A stretch of DNA of 64,000 nt, from positions 124,001 to 188,000 of the forward strand of contig JAPEUD010000032.1 of assembly GCA_026026165.1 (NCBI GenBank). The letters are read 5' to 3'. The notes under the pieces are model-generated. The model saw only the letters and a list, made by a program, of their open reading frames with translations. It searched no databases and was not told where the DNA came from. Shown here one piece after another: positions 1 to 13,554 of this stretch. The first letter of the stretch is position 1. Each line of letters starts with the position of its first letter. Source of the DNA: Sarea resinae (lineage: Eukaryota). The position numbers and the translations under genes are program-made.

Positions 1-676
1 GCTTCAGCCATAGTGCCGGAACCGCGGGAAATATTGCCGAGTACTACCCTACTGTTGTCTGTGAGTGGACAAGTACTTCATGGATTGATGGATGGATTAA
101 TAGATTGATTGAATGAGCGAGAAGGCAAGTCAATGGGTGCAGCGACAGTCATACGAAGCGGAGTCAACAGGTCCCACAAAGACCGCGGACCACAAGCCAC
201 GAGTCACAAGTCAGGGGGAAGGGGGGGGGCACAGAAGGTCAATCGCATGAGCCGCGCTCCAGCTCTTCAGGGCTCCAGCTTCGCTCGTAAACAGCCGATA
301 TAGCGAGCGATATCTCTGCGTTCCCCCCGGGAGAAGATGCCCACCCGCCTCTCAAGCAGGAAAGCACCCTAAAGCATATCGCATCGAGGAGATAAGAAAC
401 ATACGTTTTTTGAACGTTGTGGGATCGGGGATCAGGAATGATGGGATTAGGGGTACTGGCATGACCTATGTACACTAGAGACAAAGGGGCGGGAAAAAGA
501 GAGGAGAGGTAGGGAAAAGAGCACAGGGAAAATAAAAAGAAAGGGTTACGAGAATAAAGAGGATAGAGAAAAGACAAAGAAGCCGGAAGGAGAGAGGAAG
601 AAAGTAATGAGATACCAAAGTCAACCATTTCCCTCTTTCTCTCGCTCTTTTTACATACCACTCAAACCTAATCAAC

Positions 677-677
677 C

Positions 678-710
<33 letters not shown>

Positions 711-711
711 G
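677..711. repeat. (CAGA)n tetranucleotide microsatellite
   Basis: About 8.5 consecutive CAGA units; a similar array lies at ~33908-33949. Confidence 0.95.
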
Positions 712-800
712 CCAACGCCACCTTCTAGAGGATCGACAAATGTGTGAAAAGATCATTCATGTCTTCCCCGCCTTCATTATCTTCACCTGCTCTACCTGCC

Positions 801-3301
801 CTACCCTCGTTTTTCGGCCCCATCAACATTAAGATCGAGACCGAGGGTGAAATCCATGTCTAAATCAACGTCCACGTCCATGTCCATGTCCATACTATCA
901 GACATCAACGGAACGAAACTAGACGCAGGTGCCGAATGCGAGATTTCTGGTGGGACTTTCGGTGCTGAGGGATATGTGGTGTCAGCGGCACCGGTTGACG
1001 CTTCAGCACTATTCCCCGTGCCGTGCGTCCACGGCCAGCCACCATGGTCGGGTGGCATTGAAGTGGGTATGCTGCTGCCCCAAGGGTCGTAGTTCCTAAA
1101 AGACGGATCGGTAGCCTCCACCACTTCCTTGTTGAGTGGGTGGGAGGGGTGGCCTTGAAGATGCTGACCCGCTGGAGCAGACGTAGGGGCAAAGGCAAAT
1201 GGAGCTGGCGAAGGAAAGGCCGAAGGAAAAACAGAGGCAGAGGTAGATGATGATGATGGAAATGCCGAGGCTGATGTGGAGACCGGGATGGGAATTGAAT
1301 AGGCCGCGTACAAGGGACCGGAGGAAGATGATGCGCGGCTGGAGAGTTGGTGCGAAGGAGCGGACATGGGAACAGCGAGAGAGGCGGATCTCGGCATACC
1401 ACCACCACCACCATCACCACCACCACCACCGTCGTCGACGCCTGCATCGCCGAACTGGCCTGGACCCCCTTCAAATCCTAACCCTAACGGTCCGACCCAC
1501 TCGCTCATCTCTCTGCCCTCCCGAAAGTGCAGAGCTAGGTGGTCGGCTCTGCCCTGCCATGTCTCACAACCCTCCTCACAGAAGCCGCACCGCGATCTGA
1601 TATCCTGTAATTCGCTCTTCCACTCCCTCTCCATAGTTGCCGTAAGCTGCTTGCAATTGTGCACGAGCCTCAAATGCTGCCGGAGGTGGTCTTTGCGGAA
1701 GAACGTGCGATCGCAAAGGGCCTTATCGGCACAGGCGCGGAAGTTGTGGTGGGTTTCAAGGTGCGAGGAAGGGTGCTTGGGGTCGTCATTCAGAGGAATG
1801 GGATGCTCGCAGAAGGCGCAGTGCAGACTTGCCATCCCTGTGGCGGTAGAGGAGACGAGCAGACCACCGTATGGCGCGCATGTCCATTTGGAGACTGTGA
1901 GATGCAAATTTTGCTCGTGGCGCTGCCAGTCATATTTTGTGCGGAATCTATTGGATAATCAATTGAGGTGATGTGGATATATGGTGACAAGACATACCTG
2001 TCTGTACAAAAGGTACACTGAAATAGCCTCTGATCGGCGGATTTACTGGAAGTCTGCGAGGGGGCTCGGCGACGACGACGACGATCTTTGCGTTCGATGC
2101 GGCCTACTGAACCAAATGAGTGCCGTGAAGTGTGCGAGAACAACGAGCCAAGCGAGATATCAGACTCGCTGGATCGTGCTGTTCGCTGCGTATTGACGCT
2201 GGTCATGGACGGGGCACGTTGTAAGATAGAAAAGCCGGATCCCGTGCTAGAGTCGCGATGGTCAACCCAGCTGCTGGTACGAGAAGAGTGATGCGTCTGA
2301 TGCGTCTCCGAATGGTAGCTTGACGTTGCGACAGCATTGGCGATGGCCGAGACAGAGGCGGCTTCATGTTCAGGCGGAGAGTGCTTCCATCGCTCCAGGG
2401 GATTCATATCCTCAAAGCCAGGACGCTGTGTATTTGGTGCGACAGACGGTATGTCCACAGCAGCGGATGAGCCATGTCCAAGATGAGGAGAAGCAGACCG
2501 TGGAGTGGGAACCTTGCCTCTTCGCCGAGCGTTAGCAAGCCAATTCGATATTTGACTCCTCTTGAGTCCCGTCATTTTCTTGAGCTCATCCTTTTGATCG
2601 TCGGTGGGATAGGGGTTCTCGTTGTGTTCCGCTAGCCAGTCTTTCAGGACACGGACAGCATGTCTGGGAAATCGAATGGCACCGCGACGCTTGCTGTCGA
2701 CGTCTGGAATGGGCTCCAAGGAGGGACCTTGCGATGATCGCAGAACTCTTGTACCCGTAAGCGCGCCGTTGTTCTGACATGCCTCTTCCGACACCCCATG
2801 TAAGGTGTCCACGTAGATACCCTTTGGCTTCTGGGCTTCCGTCTGGGACAGACTACACTGACGAAAGAGTGACATGCAGGCAGAACATTGCGTGCGGTCA
2901 TCTGTCGTACAAAAGCATTGCATTTGCATGGACCGGCAATAATCGCAGGGCACTTCGGGCTTGTAGTAACGAGGAAGCCAAGTGGAAAAATCGTTTAGAT
3001 TGTTCGCGTCACAGGATTCGGCTCCGATGGGGGATGGTTGAGGATGCTCTTCCAAGGCGGCGATGAATCCATGACAGAGACAGTTGCTGGCATCGGGATG
3101 GGACGGGCATAGGTAGCGGGGTGCGTCTGCGGGCCGAGAGTCACGAAATGCGTCCTCCCCATGATCTTGATGTGTATTGGAAGCTTTTTCAAAATCAAAG
3201 TACTCTGCAAAGGAATCGCGACAGGAGCAGTCGAGAACAAGCTGTGAGCAATTGGTGCAATGAGCATCCAGCAGGCGCTCATCTCGCTCGGACCAACACA
3301 T
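801..3301 (-). CDS. Homeobox (TALE/KN-type) plus C2H2 zinc-finger transcription factor with N-terminal Zn2Cys6-like cluster; 2 exons
   Basis: Homeodomain RFPRHAVRVLKDWLAEHNENPYPTDDQKDELKKMTGLKRSQISNWLANARRR. Removing intron 1948-1997 (GTATGT..TAG) joins FQCTFCTDR to FRTKYDWQRHEQNLH. Further C2H2-like motifs FFRKDHLRQHLRLVH and CGFC..RADHLALH. First ATG taken at 3301; start uncertain. Confidence 0.9.
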
Positions 3302-4209
3302 GGTAATTGATAGGGCGCAAAAGCTCAACTAGAACAGATACAACGAAATGACAATTGGTTCTTGCAAGAGTACGCAGACGGGAAGCAGAAGAGCACAAGA
3401 TATATATTGAAGAGTCATCTCACCAGATAGTGAAAGCCAGCTTGATGGATGATTAATGGGGGGAGGTCGGTGAAGATGATGCATGCCCCTAAAGCGGTTA
3501 GCCTGCGCCCTTCGACTTGACGCCCTGCACGTATCACATCACGATTAGATCCTAACGAATATCAGCCGTCCAAAGTGTAAATTCGTGATGATCGACTACT
3601 GTAGTAAAGAGCAACGAGTGAGATTTTAGAGCAGACGCGGGAAGACCCCGTTCTTCTCCGATAACGGGGGGCGGAAACACTAGAATAATATTGTAAGCAC
3701 TGTAGAAGACCATCGTAAGCACTGTAGAAGCAAGATGTGGAGTCTTGTGGAGTCTTCTTGCGGAGTAGTAACGCCTGACAGTGGCAGACGTGCACGGCAC
3801 GACTCGACTCGACTCATCCGAAGCTATGCGCTGCAATGCGAGAGGCATGATAAGGTATGATGCCGCAATCTTATCGATCAATCAGCTGTCCGATGCCATG
3901 CGCTGCAATGCGAGAAGGCTAGCTGGACACGCCGGGTAACTACGATCAAATCTATTGCCCATTTTCAGATCAGCCCTTCAGATAGATAGTCAACAAGACT
4001 GAAGGCAGGTGAACCAATCAATAATCAATGCTCTTCCACCTCTAACGCTCTTCTCAGGTGGCTAATACAGACTATAAGTACACGGAGAGGAGCCTCCCCT
4101 GTTGAACAAAGATGAAAATGCGAAGAGATGAGAATGAGAGGCCCTATAATACAAAACAACATCTAGAATCTAACCGTGTCAAAAGTCAAGAGGATGATGA
4201 GAAGAGGGC

Positions 4210-6524
4210 TCAATAGCTGTCAGCCTCTTCCCTAGTACCCCTGAACCCACCAAACCTCTTGAACCCGCCGCCTTCTCCGCCCTCGCGTCTCCTACCCTCG
4301 TGACCACGTCGCTCTCGCGGTGCGAAATCTCGCCCACTGCCGCTGGTCTCCTGGGTATCAAAGTCTCTTCTTCTCTCAAAGCCTCCTCGTCGTTCCCGAG
4401 GTGCAAAATCTCTTCCACTGCTTCCGCTCGACTCTTGGGTATCGAAGTCTCTCTTCCGCTCGAAGCTGCGGCCACCGTAAGAGCTTCTGTCTGATGAGCC
4501 GCCAAAGTCACGGCCTCGTCGGTCACCATAAGAAGGTCTGGAAGAGGAAGATTGTCGGTCAGAGCGATCAAATCGTCTGCCCTCACCACCAAACCTCGAT
4601 ACTCCCCTCGCAGAATCGGATCTCCTACCACCGCGGCCCTCCTCCTCATCTTCATGTCCAAACACCAGTCCTCTCATCCTATCTAGACCCAACTTTCTTG
4701 CTATCCCATGACTGACCTTCGGCGGGGTCTCCATGCCCCACCCGTACCGTGCGAGACTATTGACCGCGTCCACGACCATCTGTTTATGACTTATGGCTTG
4801 GTAAATGCCGAGATACGAGAGATATGCCTTAGCCTTGACCTGACGGTCAACGAGCTTGGTCGCTTCTTGGATTTGGGTTAGGGTTTCTCCCGTTGCAGCG
4901 GGTAAGTGGGCCGGTTGTGAGAGGTCCAGCTTCGCGGTTTGGAGGTCAGAGGATGCATCAGGTAATTCGAGAGGGAGGCCGCTGAGTCGACGGGAGAGCA
5001 CCGAGCGTTCGAATGCTGGGGTAAGGAGCCAAGCTTCTCCTGTGTTTGAGCCACGAGCAGTGCGGCCGACGCGGTGGATGTAGGAGTCGCGCGTGCCAGG
5101 GACACCGAGCTGGATAACGTGGGTGACGCCCGGGAAGTCCATGCCGCGCGCTGTAACGTCCGACGAGAACATGATGGCCGATTCAGCGTTGCGGAAGGCC
5201 GTCGCAGCGTCGGTTCGTGCTTTTTGTGAGAGCCGCGCGTGAATCTCGATGATCTTGGTCGGATAGAGGGGATGGCGGCTAAAGAGAGCAGCGCCGGGCG
5301 CTCGAAGGTTTTGGAATACGCCAGCGGCGAGCGCGACGTCGGCCGTTGAGTTACAGAAGACGATCGCTTTGAATGCTTCCTGCTCCTCCTTTCCGCGCTT
5401 GCAGATCTCTAAGCAGGCGGGAAGGATATTCTCTAGACCTTGCACGTGAACAAGTTTTTGGGGGACTTTGGTATGGGTAGGCTGCTCTCCCGCTTGGACT
5501 GTACGGACGGTGTGGAAGGTGGGTTTCATGGTTGCGCGGACGACTGGCATTACATCCTCGGGGACAGTGGCGGAAAAGAGAAGAGTCTGACGGTCAACCT
5601 CTCTTCTATTAGGAAGCAACTTTTGGATATCCTTGATCGCAGGAAGGAAACCATCGTCTAACAATCTATCGGCCTCATCGAGAACAAAAGCGCTGAGCTT
5701 CGGGGCCTTGACTCCTGTGTGAGGATCGGAGAGGATATCATTGAGTCGGCCTGGAGTGCCAATGAGTATGTGACAGCCTTGCCTCTGCATTGTGCGCAGC
5801 CCTTGGGACTTTTGTGTTCCGCCAACTGCCGTCTGCACGATAACACCCGTATGAAAGCACAGCCTCCGGGCTTCCTGGGCAATCTGCTCGGCTAGCTCGC
5901 GGGTCGGCGAGATGATCAATGCGCGAATGTCTGAGGGAGTTGCCTTCCCATCTCGAAATCCCTTCCGACGTACAAGACTAGGGTCTTTGCTAAGAATATT
6001 TTGGAGGACGGGAAGAAGAAAGCCGATGGTCTTGCCAGTACCTGTCCGCGCTTGTGCAAGGCTATAGAGTGTTAGTAGCGGTAGGATAAATTACAGTGAC
6101 AAACATACACATCTGTTCCACTAAGCGCCTCATTGATAGTCATGCTCTGGACCTGGGTCATCGTCGTGAGCTTCATATCTAACGTCAGACATTTGACAAT
6201 ATTTTCGTGGACGAGACCGCGCTCTTGGAGCTCGGCGAAACGTGTGATAGGGCCCTGTTGCGTTTTCTCTTGAATCTCCTGACCTGTTGGCGGTCTCTCG
6301 GCGTTGACCTCTCTTTCTATTTCTGCCTTGATGGCCCCGTTGTCGAGCTTTGCCTGTCGCCACGCGCATGACTGGTGTAGCTGTCGTGATGCTGACAGGG
6401 CTGGGGAGCGAGCGATGAACGGCGATGCCAAGGACTTGATAGTGGAAGATCTGAAAGAACAGGTCGAGGTAGAACGGAGCGCTCGAGGGACCGAGGCCGA
6501 AGCCTGTCTAAAAGCACCAAACAT
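4210..6524 (-). CDS. MSS116: Mitochondrial DEAD-box RNA helicase (Mss116/CYT-19 family); 2 exons
   Basis: Arg/Ser-rich N-terminal presequence; Q motif; intron 6062-6108 joins to AQARTGTGKT; motifs SPTRELA, TPGRL, DEAD, SAT, ARGMD, HRVGRTAR; basic Arg/Gly-rich C-tail. Confidence 0.9.
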
Positions 6525-7056
6525 GATGCTTCTTCTTGAGATGAACTCTTCAGATCGGCAAAGCAGATCACACGAGCCAGCAATGAATTAGAAAATGGAA
6601 GAACAATTCAAGATTAATCAAATGAGGTGATGGAAGATTGCGAAAAGCACTTGATGATGAACCGGATGAAGAAAATAAGTTGGAGAATATATGCAAGCAC
6701 CCTTGATATTTCTCTGCTCTAGCTCCAACGGGACTCGCCATCCAAAATTTCCAGTTTGCGGTCCAGCTGGCGGAGATGCCTTTGATCCCTCGCTCCCTAT
6801 CGATAAGGTACCAAGGTACGAATTTCCTCCGCAAGCGACTGGCATATCTAATCAATCGCATCTTACCAATCGTATCATCGGTGATTTCCAACGTTCTTTG
6901 GATGCTTCAAATGCCTACATGTAGTCATGACTTTCGAGCAAACGGTATCAGATTGACATCTACATTATTAAGATAGATTTCGCAAAGTCAATGTCAACGA
7001 GCCCCCGCAGTCAACGAATGGCACTAAGTGCCCCTCCGGCTTGATCCTCAGGACAG

Positions 7057-7711
7057 TCATTCTTCAAGCGGATAGCCAGTCCTGTATGCCACCTCCTTCT
7101 CCTGTTGAACGAGTGCGCATGGGCGGCAGCACCACACAGTGAACCAGTCATTATACGACTCTCCGCGGATGCGATATCTCTGCCGGATCTCTTCGCGGGT
7201 GATGCATTGCAGAAAGACGGAGGAGACGCAAAAATAAAGCCAGCACTGACCTTTCTATTAGCCTATCGAAGAACTTGGAAAGCATATAGGATGACATACT
7301 TGTCTGGTCTTGAGTGGCCGATAATCCTCGAGTTTGGGATCCTTGAGTCGTTCCTGGGTTCTTCCAAATATCGTACAAGGCGACCACCATGCTTCACAAC
7401 CTAGGTTGCATATTAGACCTGTTGCTCATCGTGTCGCCTTGTGAGTGCATACATGTACTTATTGGAGTGAAGCAATCGAAAAGACTATAGTGCCAGTCGG
7501 CATCTGCTTCTCCAATAACGCCATCACCCGGCGGATTGTACTCCATCGACTTCTGCTGGGCTGCATAGCCTGGAGCATTGTTCGCCTGAGATTGAATACC
7601 ACCGGGGGACTGAACGTCAACTGGCATTCCAGATGAATTGGCCACAGGCGTCGGGTACTCGGCCATCTCTGGGTGTAGGTCAACCGGGGCTTCCTTCTCC
7701 AACCCAGCCAT
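7057..7711 (-). CDS. PLAC8 (DUF614/PCR/FCR-like) cysteine-rich membrane protein; 3 exons
   Basis: Introns 7401-7452 and 7246-7299. Spliced product contains WHYSLFDCF..TCCEAWWSPCTIFGRTQERL..REEIRQRYRIRGESYNDWFTVWCCRPCALVQQEKEV, the PLAC8 signature; stop TGA at 7057-7059. Confidence 0.88.
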
Positions 7712-8423
7712 TTTAAATGAACGCTGTCCGGAAAAATCACTGATCAGATGATAGATTCAAAGTGACTGCAGGCTAAGGGATCGAAGAGAGCAGATGAACT
7801 GTGGAACCGTGATGAGACCGAGAAAAGGCTTAGCATTTCATGGGAGTAATAATGTGTTCTTATATACACCACATCCAAGAATGCCCATTGATGTGTCTGA
7901 AATCCGAATTAAGTCAAGACCGTTGCACACAAAAGAGCAAAATGCAATCTCTAGCAGACAGACCAGCCCTCCGTATGAGGTTCAGTATCAGTGGTGGGGG
8001 CCCAATTTTAAGGCGGGCCATGTAGAGCCATATCGGTCGCATTCGAAACCTCTTTTGGGAATACCTTACGGCACCAGCGGTTATTCAGTTTCAACACTAC
8101 CTATGCCGTCGGTGATTTCCTGGAAACAAATGCAGCCTTGCCAACAGATTGATCTCCGTAGTAATGTACTTTCGCAGCTGGGTGGCTGTCAGCAGAATCT
8201 CACGCCATGCGCGGCGAAATTCGGCTCGGAATCGTAGACTCAATAGCTTTAGATTCTTTCTCTATATTCATAAAATCATTGTCGCTCTTTCAGTCGGAGA
8301 CTCATGCCAAATATCACAGGAAACCCGTCCATCCACCCGAAATGAGATAAGAACTCCGAATGTAGGTATTGTGAAAGTCATGAAGTTGCGACGCCAACAT
8401 ACCCATGCAAAGACTGTTTCCAA

Positions 8424-9438
8424 TCACCGTGCCTGCCTTGGAGGGACGTTCTGCTTTCCATTTCCAAGAATGATCATCCCCTCGCCGATGCCTTGACAAA
8501 TGCCGCCTGCAACACCCTCAAGCCACCAAATCGCAAGCTCGTTGAGAGTCTGCCCAACCTTGCCGTCTCCCATCTGAAGCACCGCAGTTCCAAGCTCAAG
8601 ACTTCTCTTGCTTACTTTGTCCATCGTATCCGCACCGGCTGCAACCAGTCTCTCGGAGACTTGGTGATCACGGTCGTAGGAATAAACGCTCCGTGCTAGA
8701 AGCTTGAGGTACGGAAGGATGCACTGGAAAAGGATGAAGAGTTGGACAATGATGGAGGCTAGAATGCGGTGAATGAGTGACGGCTGGTCGAATCTATCCT
8801 TTGATTGAGCAGAGGGGACAGCCAGTTGCTGGTCTGAATTTCCGGATTTGATCGATTTGAAAACGCATAGCGGTACCGCACGCTGCAGCGTTGACTGTTC
8901 TTCCACGCTGAGATCCGTCGGGAGGCCTCTTAGAAGGTAGGTCAGAGCGTGAAGGTAGAGTTGCCTTCCAAAAGCGGCATTTCTATCGTCTAGGACAGAA
9001 ATCGATGAAGATTCTTCAACGGAGAGACGCAGAAGATTGGAGCCTGCAGAGATCAGCTGTTTGCTGGTAATGTACCTGGTAGGATTTTGACCCACCTTGG
9101 TTTGCATATTTCCAGACGATTCCCGTCTTGGACTCTGACACGCCAAAGCTTGGTGGAGATGAGTCCGCGGTATTCGGCCTATCCTCGTCGTATTCATCGT
9201 CCGAGAAAGGCTCAGCCTCTCCTTCAGACATCAAGCCTTCTGGAGAACTGTAGGCTGGCGGTGGAGTCCTTGACCGACTATTCCTATGTTGGTATCTGTT
9301 CACCGAATCCCGGATGGAAGAAAGACGAGGAATTCGATTCTGAAACGACAAGGGCAGCATTGCGTATATGAGAGACGAGGGTGGGCCATCGAGAGAGCTG
9401 ACAGAGAGAGGGCGAGGCCTTGGGACCGACGTGCCCAT
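8424..9438 (-). CDS. Fungal hypothetical protein; 2 exons
   Basis: Intron 9044-9095 joins KTGIVWKYANQG to SNLLRLS..FGRQLYLHALTYLLRGLPTDLS..WWLEGVAGGICQGIGEG. Protein-like composition; start codon uncertain. Confidence 0.7.
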
Positions 9439-10517
9439 GTTGTGCAGATGATCGAGCGGGCGTTAGAGAGGCGCGGTCATGGTTACTGCTAGTAGTCTTT
9501 GCTGGAGAGGAAAGCAATTCTTGATCCGACCAAAAGAGGTCCAAGAAGCGAACAAGTTGAGTCGGAACGATTCAGTGATCAGCTTCGGCTGACTTGACTG
9601 AGACCGGCCATGGCGGTGGCTTTAAGCATTTGACGGGCTAATGAGAGGCTATTTGGGGGCTATTGTTGGGGGGATGGATGGCATGGGATGTGGGAGGAAT
9701 GGAATGGGATGGGGCATCCATAATGGAGGGGGAGAATCGAGATAGGCCTTCACATGCGATAAGGGTCTCGCTCGCGAAGATACCTAAGGTATCTAGTAGG
9801 TAGGTAGGCAGCCCTGTACCTCAGGTATGACCGTTAAGCCCGTTGAAACTGTACAACTTGATATAATGATGATTGCCCTCAGGGCTGTCCATTCTCTTTT
9901 CCCGGATCAAATGAGATCAATCAATAATGAGCTCGAAGGGGATCCCCTTCTAGTAACTGAAGATACCAGCGGAGAACCCGCTCACTGCGATTCCATGTCA
10001 GAGAATCTACCATGTCGCAGTATTCGTGCTTCGTACGGATACATCTCGTACGCTAAGATAGCAAATTAGGTAGGTAGTGACAAGTCCCGAGGGGCCCGAG
10101 GCCCCGTGCGCCGCCGGCATGATAATATTGGGCTGTAGCATGTTCGCAGTGTGCCTCTCCCATCCTTGAAGCTGATACGAGAGATTAAGGCCACACTTGA
10201 GTACAGCACATGGAGAATCCATTGACAGCTGCCTGATCACGTTGATAGAAGGCTACCTGATGTTTTCATGTCGTACGAAATACAAATCACACTGCCTTTC
10301 CACGGAGAGACGATATCGATCTAGGGCGCAAATGAAAGGCTGAATCTTGGAACCGACAGACTGACCATAGAGTACAATCACCACTGAACGCCGTTACCCT
10401 CGCTTTTGTCCGATGACATGACACGAAATAGCAAACATCAGCCCGCATCATCGACCAGCCCAAGTCTCCAATCAAAGCGAAATGTCTCTTTGCCTTCATC
10501 TGAAGTCATGAGCCGTC

Positions 10518-11327
10518 CTATATTGCCCACCGGTAGCTGGCGTACCTCCCCGCTGTCTCAGACTTCCGGATGATCTTGACGACCTGCCCCCTTCGCAAAC
10601 CGAAATATCTCGCAACTGGGTCCCCGACCTGTATCCGGGGCAGCTGGCTTTCCTTTAGCCGGTATCGCTCGAGGAGATTCGATTTCTCCTCGGCGCTTAG
10701 CAGGACATGCTTTGGCACAAGCTCATGATGGGTGATATTGACCAGCAGGTCTTGTTCCAAGAACGTTTCAATGACGGCTGGCTTCACGGTCGGGATGATC
10801 TTGAGAGCCGCGGGAGTGATGGATACGCTAGTGATGAGGATGCCGCTCATGAAATTATGCTCGGCGATGTGATGGGCAAATGCTCGCATCTGTTTGATGC
10901 CGACATTGGAGTCCCCGTTGAATTCCACCCAGAGAGTCCCAATTTCCGGCGGAGGGGGGGTTGGTCTTTGAGGGGTGGGAGGAATTGTGTACTTTTCGAT
11001 CATGGCCTGGGATGGACGGGCGGAAAAGCGCATTTTGGAGCGACTAAAAGGTTCACCTTAATTCCCAAGTCCATAGAAAATTGAGGAAAAAGAAGGCTTA
11101 CTCGGCACTGCCATCGATGCTGCCATACTCTCTTCGAAAATCATCAAGAGAGATGCGCACTTCTTCATCGGCCAGCTCGTAGCCCTGCGAAAATTGTCAG
11201 TCAGGACACGATCAGATGGGGCGCTCAGGAAGCGCACCCTATCCTGCACCATCTCATGAATTGTTCTCCATGCGCGCCACAATCTCGTCAACTCCCGTTC
11301 GGAGTCCTGAGTACCGTCGCTGGCCAT
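10518..11327 (-). CDS. RPB5: DNA-directed RNA polymerases I/II/III common subunit Rpb5; 3 exons
   Basis: N-terminus [21 protein letters not shown]-terminal [60 protein letters not shown]. Two introns at ~11185-11237 and ~11045-11101. Confidence 0.97.
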
Positions 11328-11745
11328 GGCTCCCTTCTGTGTTACCTTGACCGACGTGAAGTTATAGAACGGTGGCTGCCACGAGAGTGATATTGAGGGC
11401 AGGGCAAAAGTCAGATGCGATTGCAATAAAGGTGACTTTTGTGCTCTCGCGAATCTGGATGGAAATAGAAATGGAAGTCGAAGATTTGATCGAAAACGGG
11501 AAAGATCGAAGATTTACGGGAAGCGAGTCGGCCCTTTCACGCTGCACTCTTGACACGGAAACTTCCCCACAAGAAATTGACAAGTTCGACACTTTGGACA
11601 CACACACACGGCCAAGGGCACACAATCAATCGATCACTAATTCATTCGTTCACCATAATATCAGGATCCGTTCATCGCAGAACAATCGACACTCCGCTTT
11701 TCCACTTCTCCTCTCTTGCCAGAGGCTCGCATTCTCACCACCATC

Positions 11746-13554
11746 ATGACCGAACTTGCAACTCCCTCGGCCGCCGCCATAGGCCTCGCCAATGCAGGAG
11801 CTTCATCGCCGGCCTCCAGCACCGAGAAAATCGCCAAGGTCAAGCCTGAGCGGCCTGATGAGGAGGCCTACAAGGCGAACCTTGCCAAGGCCGAAAAGGA
11901 GCATGCAGCTGCACAAGCAAAATTGGTACGTTTGCTCCGCGCGGCGTGAATGTGTGCATGAAGTTGTGCGGTGAATATGTGCGTGCATTTGACGGGCCTG
12001 GCCGTTGCACTGCATATTCAGAGAAGCACCGATGCTGGCCAGTCAAAAGCTAACGAACACGCAACCTATATAGAATGAAATCAAAGCAAAGATCGAGCTG
12101 GCAAAACCGCCGAATAAAGATTCTCCCATCGCCAAACGTCAACATGAATTGCGCTCCCAACTCTCAGCTATTCGACAACAGCAGCAGGGGCTTAAATCTT
12201 CCAAGGGCAATCTTCAAGAGAAGATCAAGAATCTTGATGCGAACCTAAAGTCCCGCATCGCGGAGCAGAAGACCGCTAAGAGTCGGATTCCGTTCAAAAG
12301 TGTTGAGGAGATCGACCGAGAAATCCAACGCCTGGAGAAGTCAGTCGACAGCGGTACCATGAAACTCGTGGATGAGAAGAAAGCACTCTCGGATGTCTCG
12401 AGCCTGAAAAAGCAAAGAAAGGGATTTGGCGGCATCGACGAGGCACAAAAAGGTATCGATGAGGTCAAGGCTCAGCTGGCGGAGCTGCGTAAGGGGCTGG
12501 ATGACCCGCAAGCGAAGGCGTTCAGCGAACAATATACAGCCATTGCCAAGGAGCTTGATGGAATCAAAGCCGAGCAAGATGAGGCCTATAAGAACATCAA
12601 CGCCCTACGAGACGAGCGGACGAAACTCCAGGCCCAGCAGCAGGAGAAGTATACCGCCATGCGCGGAGTCAAGGATCAGTACTACCAACAGAAGAAGGCG
12701 TTTGCCGATTACGAGCATGAAGCATACCGACAACGCAAAGAGCGACAAAAGGCCGAGCGTGATGCCTACGAGAAGGAAAAGCGAAGAAAGGTTGCAGATC
12801 GGAAACTCGAAGAGGCCAGTGAACCCGCATACATGGACGAGATTCTGTCCGCCGAAGGCCTGATCCGCTATTTCGACCCCTCTGCAGTTGACGCTTCGTC
12901 TAAGTCTTCCGCCCCCAGCAAATTTGCCGCACAAGTTCAGCGAACGGTCGACGACGCCCAGATCAAGGGATCCAAGGTTCTCAAAAAGGACGATGAGGAA
13001 TACTTTGTCGGCACGGGCGGCAAAAAGGGGAAGAAGGGCAGGAAGAATGGTGCTGCGGCATCTTCATCTCCTGCTGGTACGCCCACTGAGGGCAAGTTCA
13101 ACCTGAGCATGGGCGTCATCGAGGAGTTGGCCAAGGTCAATGTCGAGCCACCCATGAGCCAGGCTGATGTGCCTGGTGTGGTTGAGAAATTAAAGGAGAA
13201 ACTTGCTCACTGGAAGAAGGATCAGGACAAGAAGACCAAAGAGGTAAAATATGCATCCACTTTCTCAATCCCATTACCTCTATCAAGCTAATCTCTCCCT
13301 TTAATGACCAGAACGTCGAAAAAGCACAAAAAGAAATCGACCGCCTTGAAGCCGAAGCCAAAGAAGTCAACAACACAACATCATCCTCATCAAATGGCCG
13401 CGCCAAAGAAGGCGCAGCCCGCAAGCCCGCGCAAAAGCTCGAGGCCGTAAACGGCGATGCCGTTGAGCCAGCCGCCGAGCTTACCCAGGAGAAGGACGCG
13501 GCGGCTGACGCGACCGAAGAGCTGAAGAAGGCGAGCCTGGAAGATAAGGAGTAG
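11746..13554 (+). CDS. BFR1: Coiled-coil nuclear segregation / ER-mRNP protein Bfr1-like; 3 exons
   Basis: KPERPDEEAYKANL, IPFKSVEEIDREIQRLEKSVDSGTMKLVDEKKALSDVSSL, YFVGTGGKKGKKG and VEKLKEKLAHWK resemble Bfr1 family motifs. Introns at ~11926-12073 and ~13244-13311; stop TAG at 13552-13554. Confidence 0.75.

Noticed and set aside
6744..6750. RRPE-like AAAATTT upstream of MSS116
   Set aside because: Too short to distinguish from chance.
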